Shown: positions 27,292 through 28,295 of the stretch, in pieces | Layout: each line of letters starts with the position of its first letter | Numbering within the stretch: the stretch's first letter is position 1 | Sequence record: NC_023585.1 | Strand: one strand, 5' to 3' | Source: Sulfolobus monocaudavirus SMV1 | DNA length: 28,295 bases | Translations under genes and position numbers: made by a program | The notes under the pieces: generated by a model | Seen by the model: only the letters and a program-made list of their open reading frames with translations | Databases searched by the model: none | What the model was told of the DNA's origin: nothing

Positions 27292-28146
27292 TTAAACCTT
27301 TGAATAAACCACTGAAAATAATTCGCCGGCATCATAATCATTAAATTTATAATATTCATCACAGATTTCGTCTATTATATGTTGCATTTCATCAGGCACT
27401 TCACCATTATATACATGTATGCACGTAACTACTAAGCCATTATTTCTTGCAAAGTTCCTGAAATCATAAAGCGTTGGATTATCATAATTCGTCGCAAAAT
27501 CAGATAGTATGAAGATCTGTTTTACGTCCTTTAACCCTGGATAGTTATTATAATATTCCATGAATTTTCTTAGTGCAACCATCATGTCCGTTCCTCCTCC
27601 AGGTTGGATCTGGGCTATTTCGAAAACGTTGTTAACATCTAGAGGCTCAGTTGTCGAATAATCGAAATATTGCACAAATACCTTCTTATTATTCTTTTCC
27701 GCTTCCATAGCAGAAGCTAAGGCTACAGCAGAAACGTTTTCAAACGCTGTGTATCCGTTCGGCATTTCATCTCCCATAGACCCGCTTTTGTCTATCATGA
27801 AATATAAGTCCCCGACGCCCTCATTTTCTACTGCCCTTTGTAACAAGGATCTGTTTGTATACCGTTCTAGGAAAATCTCATCTGGTAAAACTAGTTGGCT
27901 CTTAAACATATGTTTGACATTATTTCCAGTTGTTATTCCCTTCATCACCCCTCCCTGATCTTTAACGCCTCTGTTAGCGTACTGTAAATCAACATGATTA
28001 GCCAAAGCCAAAACCCTGTTAGCTCTCTCTAATAATTCTAAAACTCTAGGATTGATATCCTTTAATACTCCTCCTCCTGAGCCTTTCCCAATAGATAACG
28101 CTGATAACGACTTTTGAAGACTTTCTTCCAATTCATCTAAAATCAT
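27292..28146 (-). CDS. VWA-domain (MIDAS) protein. The frame is open to the right edge, so the gene probably starts beyond the window
   Basis: LYFMIDKSGSMGD (DxSxS), PGGGTDMM, IFILSDF. Upstream in-frame QGEGSQSGEESGEQQSENKGNQGQSGEEGQGNEIEDIIEDLENNIDEES continues to the edge. Confidence 0.85.
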   Translation of the reverse strand: MILDELEESLQKSLSALSIGKGSGGGVLKDINPRVLELLERANRVLALANHVDLQYANRGVKDQGGVMKGITTGNNVKHMFKSQLVLPDEIFLERYTNRSLLQRAVENEGVGDLYFMIDKSGSMGDEMPNGYTAFENVSAVALASAMEAEKNNKKVFVQYFDYSTTEPLDVNNVFEIAQIQPGGGTDMMVALRKFMEYYNNYPGLKDVKQIFILSDFATNYDNPTLYDFRNFARNNGLVVTCIHVYNGEVPDEMQHIIDEICDEYYKFNDYDAGELFSVVYSKV

Positions 28147-28295
28147 TGATTCTTCATCTATGTTATTTTCGAGGTCTTCTATAATATCTTCGATTTCATT
28201 TCCTTGTCCTTCTTCTCCACTTTGACCTTGGTTGCCTTTGTTTTCACTTTGTTGTTCTCCACTCTCTTCTCCACTTTGACTCCCTTCTCCTTGTT

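Overview
This window looks like part of a hyperthermophilic, tailed fusiform archaeal virus genome (or provirus) from the Sulfolobales, related to Bicaudaviridae such as ATV and the STSV/SMV group. The call rests on five things: (i) two major-coat-protein-like paralogs with the motif 'YP.(V/I)TLKIAG.EA', which I recognise from ATV P131; (ii) very large structural or secreted genes (752, 2028, 1550 and 757 aa); (iii) an AAA+ ATPase operon; (iv) a VWA/MIDAS protein running off the right edge; (v) an IS200/IS605 element with TnpA and TnpB. The most notable non-coding signal is a family of near-identical palindromes, TCAAAC-A(TA)T-GTTTGA and TCAAAC-A(GC)T-GTTTGA. They differ only in the central dinucleotide and sit at the 5' ends of most virion-type genes. 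Three exact CAGCTG-class copies and one CATATG-class copy lie inside coding sequence. Other notable items are a conserved 38-nt hairpin-forming repeat found in front of two genes, IS-end scars (one of which splits a small ORF located behind a palindrome), a three-copy repeat in the 1550-aa gene with a compensated frameshift in the middle copy, a decayed tandem gene array at the left edge, a GtrA-like protein, and a TnpB that lacks one zinc-finger cysteine. I found no CRISPR array, tRNA or rRNA. All homology calls are from motif recognition by eye; no database search was run.
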